This document shows, in pieces, positions 19,583-27,936 of a stretch of DNA of 37,929 nucleotides. The notes under the pieces were generated by a model. It was not told the DNA's origin. It did not search any database and saw only the letters and a program-made list of their open reading frames with translations. The position numbers were made by a program, and so were the translations under genes. This stretch comes from Candidatus Nanohaloarchaea archaeon (GTDB lineage: Archaea; Nanohalarchaeota; Nanosalinia; Nanosalinales; Nanosalinaceae), in contig JAWOFP010000023.1 of NCBI GenBank assembly GCA_046497485.1, forward strand, positions 1 through 37,929, in the 5' to 3' direction. Within the stretch, counting starts at the first letter, position 1, and each line of letters opens with the position of its first letter.

Positions 19583-20038
19583 TTATGCATTTTCAGTTCT
19601 GATTTCTTCCTTCAATTTCTTCATATCTGGTAGTTTAGAGGGATCATCCAGCCTTTCCTCATAGATTATTTCTCCATCCTTTACCAGAAATACTGCTCTG
19701 TTTGCAACTTCGTATTCGAGGCCAGGCATGACAATATTTACTCCATAATTTTCTGAGATCTCTTTCGAGCTATCGCTTACAAGTGTAAAATTCAAGTTAT
19801 TCTGTTCTGAGAACTCTTTCAATGCGAAAGGTGTATCGACGCTGATTCCAATAACGTCTACATCCATCTCATTGAATTCGCTCATCGAATCCCTAAATTT
19901 ACACATTTCCTCGGTACAGGTTCCAGTAAAAGCTCCTGGGAAGAAAGCCAGCACTGAAAGGCCTTCTCCATTGAAGGAAAATCTCTGGGTTTCGCCATTG
20001 TGATAAGCTGCTGATTCAAACTCTATTTGATCTACCAT
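19583..20038 (-). CDS. Peroxiredoxin (BCP/PrxQ-like)
   Basis: FFPGAFTGTCTEEMC (PxxxTxxC plus resolving Cys), GISVD, RAVFLV; ATG at 20038. Confidence 0.92.
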   Translation of the reverse strand: MVDQIEFESAAYHNGETQRFSFNGEGLSVLAFFPGAFTGTCTEEMCKFRDSMSEFNEMDVDVIGISVDTPFALKEFSEQNNLNFTLVSDSSKEISENYGVNIVMPGLEYEVANRAVFLVKDGEIIYEERLDDPSKLPDMKKLKEEIRTENA

Positions 20039-20073
20039 ATATCCTAATAGTAGGGGAACTTCTTTTAGTTTGA

Positions 20074-21357
20074 TCAATTCTTGAGATCTGACAGCTTGGC
20101 TGTTGCGAAAGGTACCAGCATTTCGGCTCTGCTCATTCCGCCGTGATGACCCTGATAGTCTCCGTATCCGCTGTGTTCCTCGTGATCATACCAGATCATC
20201 TGCTCCTCTTTTTCAGGTATTATTATCAGATTCCCCAGTCTTGAAGGATGACTTACCTCTCCAAGCCCAAAAAATTCTTTCTCCAGTGCCTCGGATTTGG
20301 TGTATATTTTTGCCTCCAACTTCTCTTCTAGGAAACTTTTTACCTCTTCTTGTGAACCCTCTTCCAGGTTCAGGAAAACTGTCCTCGGGCCTCCTGTGGG
20401 AAGTACGGGTTCTCCGTTTTCATATGTTCTAAGATTTTCTCTGACCTTTCCAAAGCTTAGAAGATCCACGATGCCCTCAGGATCTACATCTGCTTGACCG
20501 TGATCTGCAACAACCACTAACAAGGTTTTTTCCGCTTTTTCATTGCTTATCTTTTCCAGAAGTTGTTTCTGAAGAGCCTGTGAAACTGCCTCAAGTTGCG
20601 ATAAATGTTCCTCTGAATTCGGCCCGTATTCGTGAAGTGCCGAGTCAACCTGGTCGGTATAGCAGTGGAAGTAATTCAGCCCCTCCGAATTCTCAAGCTG
20701 TCTCCTTAATTTGAGCGCCATATCGAAAGCATTCGTGAAACCTTCCTGCTCTGCATCTTCCATCATCACGGAGTTGTATTCGCTTTCATGAACTCCTTCC
20801 GGCAGAATCGCTGTGGATCTGACTTCTCCAGCCTTGAGCCTCTCAAATATATTTTCGCCATCAAAGAGTACAGAAACGTCTACATCCCCATCTATCTCGC
20901 GCGGGTCCTCCTTATCCAGCGTGGTAAATGGCAGAGTCCTCAAGGTAACATCAAGACCCTCGAAAAACACTCTCCAAGAAAAAACACTGTGCTCCTGAGG
21001 AGTCAAACCTGTATTCATAGATGTAACTGCTGCAGATGTCTCGGAAGGAAAGACGGCCGTTAAAGGTGTAACTCTACCTTTATCAATCATATTGTCGAAG
21101 AAGTCTAATTCTCCTCCGTAATGCTTCCACTGATCGTATCCGAAGGCATCAACAAATACTAGAGCCACATTTTCAACCTCTTCCAAATCAATTCCTTCAA
21201 AAACGTCTTCGGGAAGCTCTCTATCTGGTTCAAGACCCAGAACGCTTTCAACAGTACCTGGAATTCTGGAAAAATTATAGTTTCTGTAATCAGGAGTCAC
21301 TAGATTCCTGAACTTTGACTTATCCAGTAGCTCTTCCTCAATCTCTTCTCTCAGCAT
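20074..21357 (-). CDS. Alkaline phosphatase superfamily protein (nucleotide pyrophosphatase/phosphodiesterase-like)
   Basis: VDAFG, FPSET, DSALHEYGP, ADHG, GHHGG metal-binding motifs. Confidence 0.88.
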   Translation of the reverse strand: MLREEIEEELLDKSKFRNLVTPDYRNYNFSRIPGTVESVLGLEPDRELPEDVFEGIDLEEVENVALVFVDAFGYDQWKHYGGELDFFDNMIDKGRVTPLTAVFPSETSAAVTSMNTGLTPQEHSVFSWRVFFEGLDVTLRTLPFTTLDKEDPREIDGDVDVSVLFDGENIFERLKAGEVRSTAILPEGVHESEYNSVMMEDAEQEGFTNAFDMALKLRRQLENSEGLNYFHCYTDQVDSALHEYGPNSEEHLSQLEAVSQALQKQLLEKISNEKAEKTLLVVVADHGQADVDPEGIVDLLSFGKVRENLRTYENGEPVLPTGGPRTVFLNLEEGSQEEVKSFLEEKLEAKIYTKSEALEKEFFGLGEVSHPSRLGNLIIIPEKEEQMIWYDHEEHSGYGDYQGHHGGMSRAEMLVPFATAKLSDLKN

Positions 21358-21404
21358 GTAATAACTATGTATGTTCTAAATTTAAATTTTCAAAGGAAGA
21401 TGGT

Positions 21405-22880
21405 CTAGCTCTGAAAATCCTTGAGATCTTTTTGACTGTCATCAGCTTTCTCCAGAATTTCCTCTCGATCATGCCGGGAACTCAAAGAAGCTTTCCTCCA
21501 GACCTCATCGTCTCTGAAAGATGCATAGGCCTTTGAGGCTTTGGAGTTGAAAAATTCTCTGGCTTTCCGGGCCTCTCTTTCATAGTTGACGATTGGTTCT
21601 GGATAATCTTTCCCGATAATTACGCCGCATTTCTTCTGGATTCTCTCCGGCATATTCCATGGCTCATCGATGAACTCATCCGGAACCGATTCCAGCTCCG
21701 AAACGTATTTTCTGATGAACTCTCCTTCCGGGTCGTTGTCCCTGACCTGTTTGGTCGGGTTGTAGACTCGGTTTGCGTGTACTCCTATCAAACCGGATTG
21801 CATCTGCCACTGGTAGTAATTAATCGCTACATCCGCATCAATTAGATGCTTGTAGAAGAAGTCAGCACCTTCCTTCCACCACTGCTTCAGAATATATGAG
21901 TAGAAACTGGCACACATCGCCCGCATACGAAAATTCAACCAACCGGTCTCAACTAGAGCTCTCATGGATGCATCGACCAGTGGATAACCGGTTTTGCCTT
22001 TTTTCCAGGCCTTAATTTTTTCCTCATTTCTCTTTTCCCTGTGAGGTTCTTCGTAAACAGGGTTAATCGCTTTTTCAAACAGTTCTGGGTTGTCCTCAAT
22101 TTTCTGGTTAAAGTGTTGCTGCCAGAAAACCCTGTCCAGAAACATCTCTATACTTCTCTGATTATTTCTTGAATCAGTTTCTTCCTTCACTCTCTGGTAG
22201 ACCTGACGGGGAGAGATACAGCCATATCGGATGTAAGGAGATAAGTGAGAGGTAGAGCTTTCAGCCTTGGAAGGTGAAGAGATACATCCGGAGTAATCAT
22301 CAATATTTTCGATAAACTTTTCCAGCCTCTTTTCCGCCTCGAAGCTCCCACCTTTACCAAAACCTTCTTTTCCAGGGCTGATACTGTATCTTTCCCTGAT
22401 CTCATCTAATGAGGTATTACCGTCCAAATTATTCTCATTGAGTGATTCAGGCCTTTCATATTGTTTTGATTCGAACCAGTATTTGGCATTGTTAGCCCAT
22501 TTTTCAGGCCTCCCACTTTTTCTGGAAATTACTGTGTTTCCGTTCACTGGAGTAAATTTCTCCCTTAGCTTCCTCTCTTTTTCCTGGAAAAAGTGATTGG
22601 CGTCTTTATTGAAGATAACTTTGTGGTTATCAGATTTCAGTCTGGTAAGGATATCAACAGGCTCTCGATAGAAAAGCGTAAGTTCAGTACCTAACCGTAT
22701 ATATTGACGATTCAAGTCCTTCAAGGATTCAAGCACAAACTCTTTTCTTGCATCCAGCGAAAGCTCGTGATTCCATTCTTCGGGGTCAAAGATATAGATC
22801 GGAGCCGCTTTTTCACCTGCAGCTTCTAAGGCCTTGTTGTCCTGCGTTCTGAGGTCTCTGCGGTGAAAGACGATGTTCAT
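21405..22880 (-). CDS. Photolyase/cryptochrome family FAD-binding protein (second subfamily)
   Basis: RRDLRTQDN, SHLSPYI, TGYPLVDASMR, WLNFRMRAM, QWQMQSG, RVYNP. Confidence 0.9.
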   Translation of the reverse strand: MNIVFHRRDLRTQDNKALEAAGEKAAPIYIFDPEEWNHELSLDARKEFVLESLKDLNRQYIRLGTELTLFYREPVDILTRLKSDNHKVIFNKDANHFFQEKERKLREKFTPVNGNTVISRKSGRPEKWANNAKYWFESKQYERPESLNENNLDGNTSLDEIRERYSISPGKEGFGKGGSFEAEKRLEKFIENIDDYSGCISSPSKAESSTSHLSPYIRYGCISPRQVYQRVKEETDSRNNQRSIEMFLDRVFWQQHFNQKIEDNPELFEKAINPVYEEPHREKRNEEKIKAWKKGKTGYPLVDASMRALVETGWLNFRMRAMCASFYSYILKQWWKEGADFFYKHLIDADVAINYYQWQMQSGLIGVHANRVYNPTKQVRDNDPEGEFIRKYVSELESVPDEFIDEPWNMPERIQKKCGVIIGKDYPEPIVNYEREARKAREFFNSKASKAYASFRDDEVWRKASLSSRHDREEILEKADDSQKDLKDFQS

Positions 22881-22940
22881 TATCTATATCTAATTTGAGG
22901 TTGAAGAATCTTAATAGGATTAAGGCTTCCATTTTAAATT

Positions 22941-23723
22941 ATGGAAATTGATAACTCAGAGGAAAGAATCAGGAATATCCATCGAGACTTGATTGAAGTA
23001 TATGGAAAACAGGATAATCATGACCATGAAGACGGCGTCAGACAGCTTTTAATCACAATACTTTCGCAGAATGTGGCCGACACCAATACTGCCAGAGCCG
23101 CGGAAAACTTATTCAATGATTTCAAAAATTATAAAGAAATTGAACAGGCCTCAGTAGAAAACTTAGCAGACTCTATCAATCCAGCAGGATTGCCAGAAAC
23201 GAAGGCGAAAAGAATTCAGAGAACTCTGAAGGCCTTGAGAGAATACGAAAATCGAAGATTTTCTGGATCACCAGAAAATTCTTCCAAAGAATTTTCGAAT
23301 GATGGAGAAGAGGAGAGTTCTGAAGATTACAGCGTCGATTTCCTCGGCGAGATGGAGGATTCAGATGCTCAGGCCTGGCTTGAAGAGATCAAAGGAATCG
23401 GGCCAAAGACGGCCAGTGTTTTACTCAACTTCCATTTTGATGCGAATGTGATGCCAGTCGATACTCATGTAGAGAGGATAGCAAAACGGTTCAGGCTGAT
23501 TCCTTTCTCAGCTTCGAATGGAAAAGCACATGAGCTTTTGAATGAGGCCGTCCCGCACGATATCAAAAACAGCTTCCACATGCTGCTGATTGAACACGGT
23601 AAAAATAACTGCGCCGCACGGAATCCAACCTGCGAGGAGACAAAGCTGAAAAAATACTGCTCAAGATACGAACTGGTGGAGAACGGCGATTTGAGTCCTG
23701 AAGAGTATCCTCCGGAGGCCTAA
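22941..23723 (+). CDS. nth: Endonuclease III (HhH-GPD glycosylase) with an in-frame insertion
   Basis: ILSQN, GIGPKTA (catalytic Lys), PVDTHV (catalytic Asp); degenerate C-terminal Cys motif. Confidence 0.88.
   Translation: MEIDNSEERIRNIHRDLIEVYGKQDNHDHEDGVRQLLITILSQNVADTNTARAAENLFNDFKNYKEIEQASVENLADSINPAGLPETKAKRIQRTLKALREYENRRFSGSPENSSKEFSNDGEEESSEDYSVDFLGEMEDSDAQAWLEEIKGIGPKTASVLLNFHFDANVMPVDTHVERIAKRFRLIPFSASNGKAHELLNEAVPHDIKNSFHMLLIEHGKNNCAARNPTCEETKLKKYCSRYELVENGDLSPEEYPPEA
23246..23297. repeat. Compound palindromic element inside nth
   Basis: Terminal inverted repeat CGAAAAT/ATTTTCG enclosing hairpins GAAAATC-GAA-GATTTTC, ATTTTCTGG-ATCA-CCAGAAAAT and GAAAATTCTT-CCA-AAGAATTTTC. Confidence 0.75.
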
Positions 23724-23726
23724 AAA

Positions 23727-24338
23727 GTGAACTTCGAAGAACTAGTCGAAAAAAGAAGATCATATAAGGAATTCAAAGACAAAGACGTTGAGATAGAAAA
23801 ACTTCAGAAAATATTTGAACTGACAACTGAAGCTCCGACAGCCTTCAATCTTCAGGCCTACAGCTTCAAGGTTTTAGACTCCGAGGAGGCGATTAAAGCC
23901 GCAGTTGAATCGACTGTGCCTGGAAATGAATGGGTCGGAGATGCAGACAAAATCGTCTTACTTGTGGGGGATGAGAGAATTGATACTAACCTAGATAAAG
24001 TACTAGAGGATATGCTGGAAAAAGATTATCTGGATGAGGAAACCGCTGAAGAATACAGGGAGAGGATCTCAGGATACGGCGACAGAGACAAACTTTTCAA
24101 GACCGGCTGGCTGAACAGAAACACTATGATACCGGCCACATTCTTCATGCTCGCATGCGAAGACCAAGGCCTCGGAACCTGCCCGGTAAGAGGATTCTCC
24201 AACGAAAAAATATCGGAAAGCCTGGAACTGGAGGAATGGGAGAGGCCCGGCCTGATGCTCCCGATTGGCTACCCTGAAGAAGATGAAAGGCCTCAGAAAT
24301 GGCGGAGGAAAGGGAAAGAGGTTTTCGAAGTAATCTAG
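23727..24338 (+). CDS. Nitroreductase family protein
   Basis: RRSYKEF, APTAFNLQ, GLGTCPVRGF, IGYP; GTG start 3 nt after nth. Confidence 0.92.
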   Translation: MNFEELVEKRRSYKEFKDKDVEIEKLQKIFELTTEAPTAFNLQAYSFKVLDSEEAIKAAVESTVPGNEWVGDADKIVLLVGDERIDTNLDKVLEDMLEKDYLDEETAEEYRERISGYGDRDKLFKTGWLNRNTMIPATFFMLACEDQGLGTCPVRGFSNEKISESLELEEWERPGLMLPIGYPEEDERPQKWRRKGKEVFEVI

Positions 24339-24444
24339 AGAAAAAAGGGTCTGTATCTAAGTTTTAACTCTTCTTTACTCCTATATTCTGGCTGTTTCCA
24401 GGTCTTCGAAGATTTCTTAAGAAAAATAAGTGGAAAAATGTTCT

Positions 24445-24876
24445 TTAACTGATTTCGAGGTTGAGGTCAGCTTCATGCTGGAAGTTGTCGCTTACAGGGC
24501 ATCGTCCTTCAGCTTCCCCCATTATTTCTCTTTCTGTCTCTTCATCCGCATCTGTCTCTATTCTTGCCTCTACGTTGGCCTCCTGGAATCCTGCTCTCTC
24601 GTCTTCACCCATGAAGCCGGCCATGTCTAGCTCTCCTTCGACATCAATCTCCAGAGACTTAATTTCTACGCCGTGTTCCTTTGCGACCTGATGCGCGGTT
24701 ACATTCATGCAGGAGGCCAGTGCCGTGAACATGTACTCGAGAGGATTCGGTGCCTTATCGTTCCCTCCAAAGCCCTCTGGTTCATCGACCTTCAAACTGT
24801 GGCCTCTGACCTCTACATCAAGTTCTGTGTGGTTTTGAGCTTCTGATTCAATTTTGATCGGTAGTTTATCTGCCAT
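24445..24876 (-). CDS. OsmC-family protein
   Basis: DEPEGFGGNDKAPNPLEY...LASC and RCPVSD; SD AGGTGA. Confidence 0.92.
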   Translation of the reverse strand: MADKLPIKIESEAQNHTELDVEVRGHSLKVDEPEGFGGNDKAPNPLEYMFTALASCMNVTAHQVAKEHGVEIKSLEIDVEGELDMAGFMGEDERAGFQEANVEARIETDADEETEREIMGEAEGRCPVSDNFQHEADLNLEIS

Positions 24877-24891
24877 GGTTTCACCTAGTAC

Positions 24892-25377
24892 TTATTCGAG
24901 CGGGGTTTTACAGCTTTGCTCCAGGCATTCATCGATTTTAGATTCGATCTCATTGCCTATCTCCTCGTTGTAGCCGGACCAGTGTTCATCACCGATGAAA
25001 GTGCCGGGAACACCTCTTGCAGCGACCCCGTACTTCTCCGCCACGTTCTGATAGATCTTCTGGTTTTCCCTGCTGTTGTAGACCTCGTACATCTTGACCT
25101 CCAGATCTTCGTGTTCTCTGTCCAGTTCCTCGAGGAATGGCTTTTCCCTTTCACAGTAAGAACATCCCGCCCCCCAGAAAAAGTAGACTGTGGTCCTGTT
25201 CCCTGTCTCGGGCAGAAGCACTTCAGAGTTATCTGGTTCCGAATTTTTCGCCGCCTTTTCGGGACCTGTTCCGTTTTGAGGGTTTTGTACGACTTTAAAC
25301 GCAAGGCCTGTAACCAGCAGGACTGCTAGAAGGCCTAAACCGATTTTCCTGTAATTTTCCTTAATTTTCTGTTTCAC
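24892..25377 (-). CDS. Membrane-anchored thioredoxin/glutaredoxin-like protein
   Basis: N-terminal TM helix, FFWGAGCSYC (CxxC), GVP cis-Pro loop. Confidence 0.88.
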   Translation of the reverse strand: MKQKIKENYRKIGLGLLAVLLVTGLAFKVVQNPQNGTGPEKAAKNSEPDNSEVLLPETGNRTTVYFFWGAGCSYCEREKPFLEELDREHEDLEVKMYEVYNSRENQKIYQNVAEKYGVAARGVPGTFIGDEHWSGYNEEIGNEIESKIDECLEQSCKTPLE

Positions 25378-25383
25378 CGCGTA

Positions 25384-25764
25384 TCAAATCTCGTTTTCAT
25401 AGTACTGTTTTGCATCTTTTTCTGTTAGAAACTTTCCTTCGAAACTTTCTTGAGGCCTGATCTTGACTAGCCAGGCCTCGTAGGGATCTTCAATGATTTT
25501 CCTGGGTTTTTCTCCCACCTCTCTGTTCACATCGACGATCTCAGCATCTACAGGTGTTTTAAGTTCTCCGACGCGTTTCATAGCCTCGTACTCTATCAGA
25601 ATTCCTCCTTCCTCAAACTTCTCTCCTTTCTCCGGCAGTTCGATGAAGAGAAATTCCTCTGCTTTCTCTGCACAGGGTTTTGCCAGGCCTACCTTGTAAT
25701 TTTTTCCATCTTTCTTGAGCCAGAGACTGTTTTCGGTGTATTTTCTGTCCTCCGGTAGATTCAC
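25384..25764 (-). CDS. gcvH: Glycine cleavage H-like lipoyl carrier protein
   Basis: PEDRKYT, VGL, FIELP, EAMK (lipoyl-Lys position), EIVDVN, DPYEAWLVKI; divergent, and no other gcv genes in the window. Confidence 0.85.
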   Translation of the reverse strand: MNLPEDRKYTENSLWLKKDGKNYKVGLAKPCAEKAEEFLFIELPEKGEKFEEGGILIEYEAMKRVGELKTPVDAEIVDVNREVGEKPRKIIEDPYEAWLVKIRPQESFEGKFLTEKDAKQYYENEI

Positions 25765-26711
25765 TCGTCTTCACCTCCCATCTTTCTGTAAATGTAGGCG
25801 ATTGCTCCCGAAAGTATTAGGGCTGAGCCGAAGACGTAGATCGTTCCTGAGAGAGTTTCCATCAGTTCCGGCCTGATTATCAGGGTTGCTGCGAGTGCGA
25901 TCATTATCATTCCGCCGAGAAGTTTGAGGTAACGGCCGTGTTTTTCCTCAAACCTGGTCTTTTCCATCGTATAGGTTATTCCAAGGAAGACCGCCAGCTC
26001 GTCCAAAAGATAGATCAGCATGTAGAGACCTAACAAAACGAGCGCGAATCCTGTCTGGACTCCTCTATCCGCCAGTATATTGCTGTAGATCAATGGGAAT
26101 CCTGCGGTACACGGTAGTTCAACCAGGACTATACCTGCAGCGATTACAGCCGTCCCGAACAGAGTCATCGCCAAACTATCTTTTCTGACTGTCTCAGAGA
26201 GCTCTCTGGCAATCTTCGGCTTGAAGCGGTCCGGTATCGTAAATGACAGGCCTCGATTCCAGTAAAAGAAGTCCTTTACGTTGACAGCGCCGAACACCAG
26301 TGCTACTGCCGCGACTGCAACCTTTATCCACATCAGATGCGACACGTATGAGAAGATGTTGATCAATCCGTAGACAAAGGCTCCGTAGCCGATAGAGGTC
26401 ACGGTCAGAAAAGTAAAGCCTACCGCGGCCGTCTTCTTTCTTGAACCTGAGTGAACGACCAGTCCAAGCAGAAAGGTCAGGACCCACAAAGAGCAAGGAT
26501 TGAAGCCGTCCACCAAAGCAATCATAGCGGTCAAAGCCACCAGAGGCGTATCTTTAGTACTGATTTCTCCGATCAACGGCAGCTCCAAGCTTTCCTGCTG
26601 AAGTTCCGAAGTATCGCTCTGTGCAGCTTTTGGCGAAGTATTCTGAGCCGCTGTTACACCCGATAACAGGATGAAGGATATGGCTATCGCTGCAGACAGT
26701 GCTTTCTTCAT
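25761..26711 (-). CDS. CcdA/DsbD-like transmembrane electron-transfer protein
   Basis: Signal-like N-terminus, multiple TMs, two intramembrane Cys motifs DGFNPC and ELPCTAG. Confidence 0.82.
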   Translation of the reverse strand: MKKALSAAIAISFILLSGVTAAQNTSPKAAQSDTSELQQESLELPLIGEISTKDTPLVALTAMIALVDGFNPCSLWVLTFLLGLVVHSGSRKKTAAVGFTFLTVTSIGYGAFVYGLINIFSYVSHLMWIKVAVAAVALVFGAVNVKDFFYWNRGLSFTIPDRFKPKIARELSETVRKDSLAMTLFGTAVIAAGIVLVELPCTAGFPLIYSNILADRGVQTGFALVLLGLYMLIYLLDELAVFLGITYTMEKTRFEEKHGRYLKLLGGMIMIALAATLIIRPELMETLSGTIYVFGSALILSGAIAYIYRKMGGEDE

Positions 26712-26725
26712 AATTCCTCAAGGCC

Positions 26726-26762
26726 TGAAACGGTTTATATACCCTTGTTTCACGATGTGAAA
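26726..26762 (-). promoter_or_regulatory. TATA box with flanking inverted repeats (candidate promoter/operator)
   Basis: TATATAAA on the minus strand (26741-26734); TGAAAC-N15-GTTTCA around it; TTTCAC-GAT-GTGAAA just upstream. Confidence 0.5.
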
Positions 26763-26788
26763 TAACTGGTCCAGAGGCCTTCTGCAAA

Positions 26789-27289
26789 TTAGAGGAGTAT
26801 GTCCTCAAATTTTTCCTCCAGAACCACTTTATTGGTCATGCCGTTTTCCTCCCTGTGGATGATCTTCTGCCGTTCAAGATCTTTCAGTTTTCTGGAAACC
26901 TTCACCTTGGACAGGCCTGTTTCATCTGGAAGTTCGCTCTGACTGATTTCACCGCCCCTTTCAATCAGGGCCTCAACTATCTTTCTCTGATCCCCTGGTA
27001 GAAAACGGATCGTCTCACGCACTTCTTCAGGAGATATCGATTCAGGTATGATAGATTTCTTCATGTAGATGTAAACCGCCATACCAACGATCACACCGGT
27101 AGTCGACATCAAAGCCACGATCCAGGTAAGGGGAAGTGTACAGTTACAGACAGGTGCGGAAACCAGTCCATGCGCATAGTAAAAACCCGCCGTAGACAGA
27201 AGGATATACACGAAGACAAAAGAGATCACCTTGACATTGCTGTGAAGAAACCGTTCAACATCAATTGCTCTCAAACCTTTTTCCTCCAT
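26789..27289 (-). CDS. Membrane-anchored helix-turn-helix transcriptional regulator
   Basis: Two TMs flanking a CNC loop; C-terminal winged HTH (QSELPDETGLSKVKVSRKLKDLE...GMTNKV). Confidence 0.85.
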   Translation of the reverse strand: MEEKGLRAIDVERFLHSNVKVISFVFVYILLSTAGFYYAHGLVSAPVCNCTLPLTWIVALMSTTGVIVGMAVYIYMKKSIIPESISPEEVRETIRFLPGDQRKIVEALIERGGEISQSELPDETGLSKVKVSRKLKDLERQKIIHREENGMTNKVVLEEKFEDILL

Positions 27290-27401
27290 AAAACCAACTT
27301 GGAGAAACTAACTTTTTAGCATTCAACCTAGAATACAGTGAGGCCTATCGGGATTTCTCGAAATGTTTTCAGAAAGAGGAATATGGAAACAAGAATATTA
27401 T

Positions 27402-27914
27402 TTACAACGTTTCTTTTTCTATGAATCCCTCTAGAACTCTTCCATCGTACTGGTCAACCCCTTCACCTGGCTCAAAAATAGCTGATCCTACAGGAATGCT
27501 TTTGTCTTCATCGTAAACCTGGATATAAAGGTCTTCATCACCCTCATACCGAAGTGAGTTGTTTTCTAGTTCATAGTTCCAGAGCGTATCTTCCTCACTG
27601 CCGTATTTTACCGCTTTTATGCTTTGGGTGCCTTCCGCATCGTCACTGATCACCAGTTCATCCCCATCATAATTAAATTCAACTTCATCAATCTCCTCGG
27701 TATTGGAACGATCACTAACATAATCCAGAGCATCCTTACCAGGAGAATCGTTATCTTGAACTGCCGTAGCCGTAACTCCTGCGGCGCCTGCTCCCAGCCC
27801 TATGACATATTTTCTTCGTGTCAAAGCACGTGTATTCCCGGTAAATTCATCTCCACCGGAACCAAGCACTGAATCCACAAGAGACTGCAAAGTCACATTC
27901 CATCTGTAGAGCAT
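27402..27914 (-). CDS. Hypothetical exported protein with twin-arginine-like motif
   Basis: TRRKYVIGLGAGAAG followed by an acidic domain; start may be the GTG at 27896. Confidence 0.65.
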   Translation of the reverse strand: MLYRWNVTLQSLVDSVLGSGGDEFTGNTRALTRRKYVIGLGAGAAGVTATAVQDNDSPGKDALDYVSDRSNTEEIDEVEFNYDGDELVISDDAEGTQSIKAVKYGSEEDTLWNYELENNSLRYEGDEDLYIQVYDEDKSIPVGSAIFEPGEGVDQYDGRVLEGFIEKETL

Positions 27915-27936
27915 AATGCTTAAATGATCTTCCTAG

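Noticed and set aside
24339..24444. Short palindromes TCTTCGAAGA and TTCTTAAGAA as further copies of the nth element, or a gene remnant
   Set aside because: Too short and AT-rich; they do not match the element's termini or give a convincing ORF.
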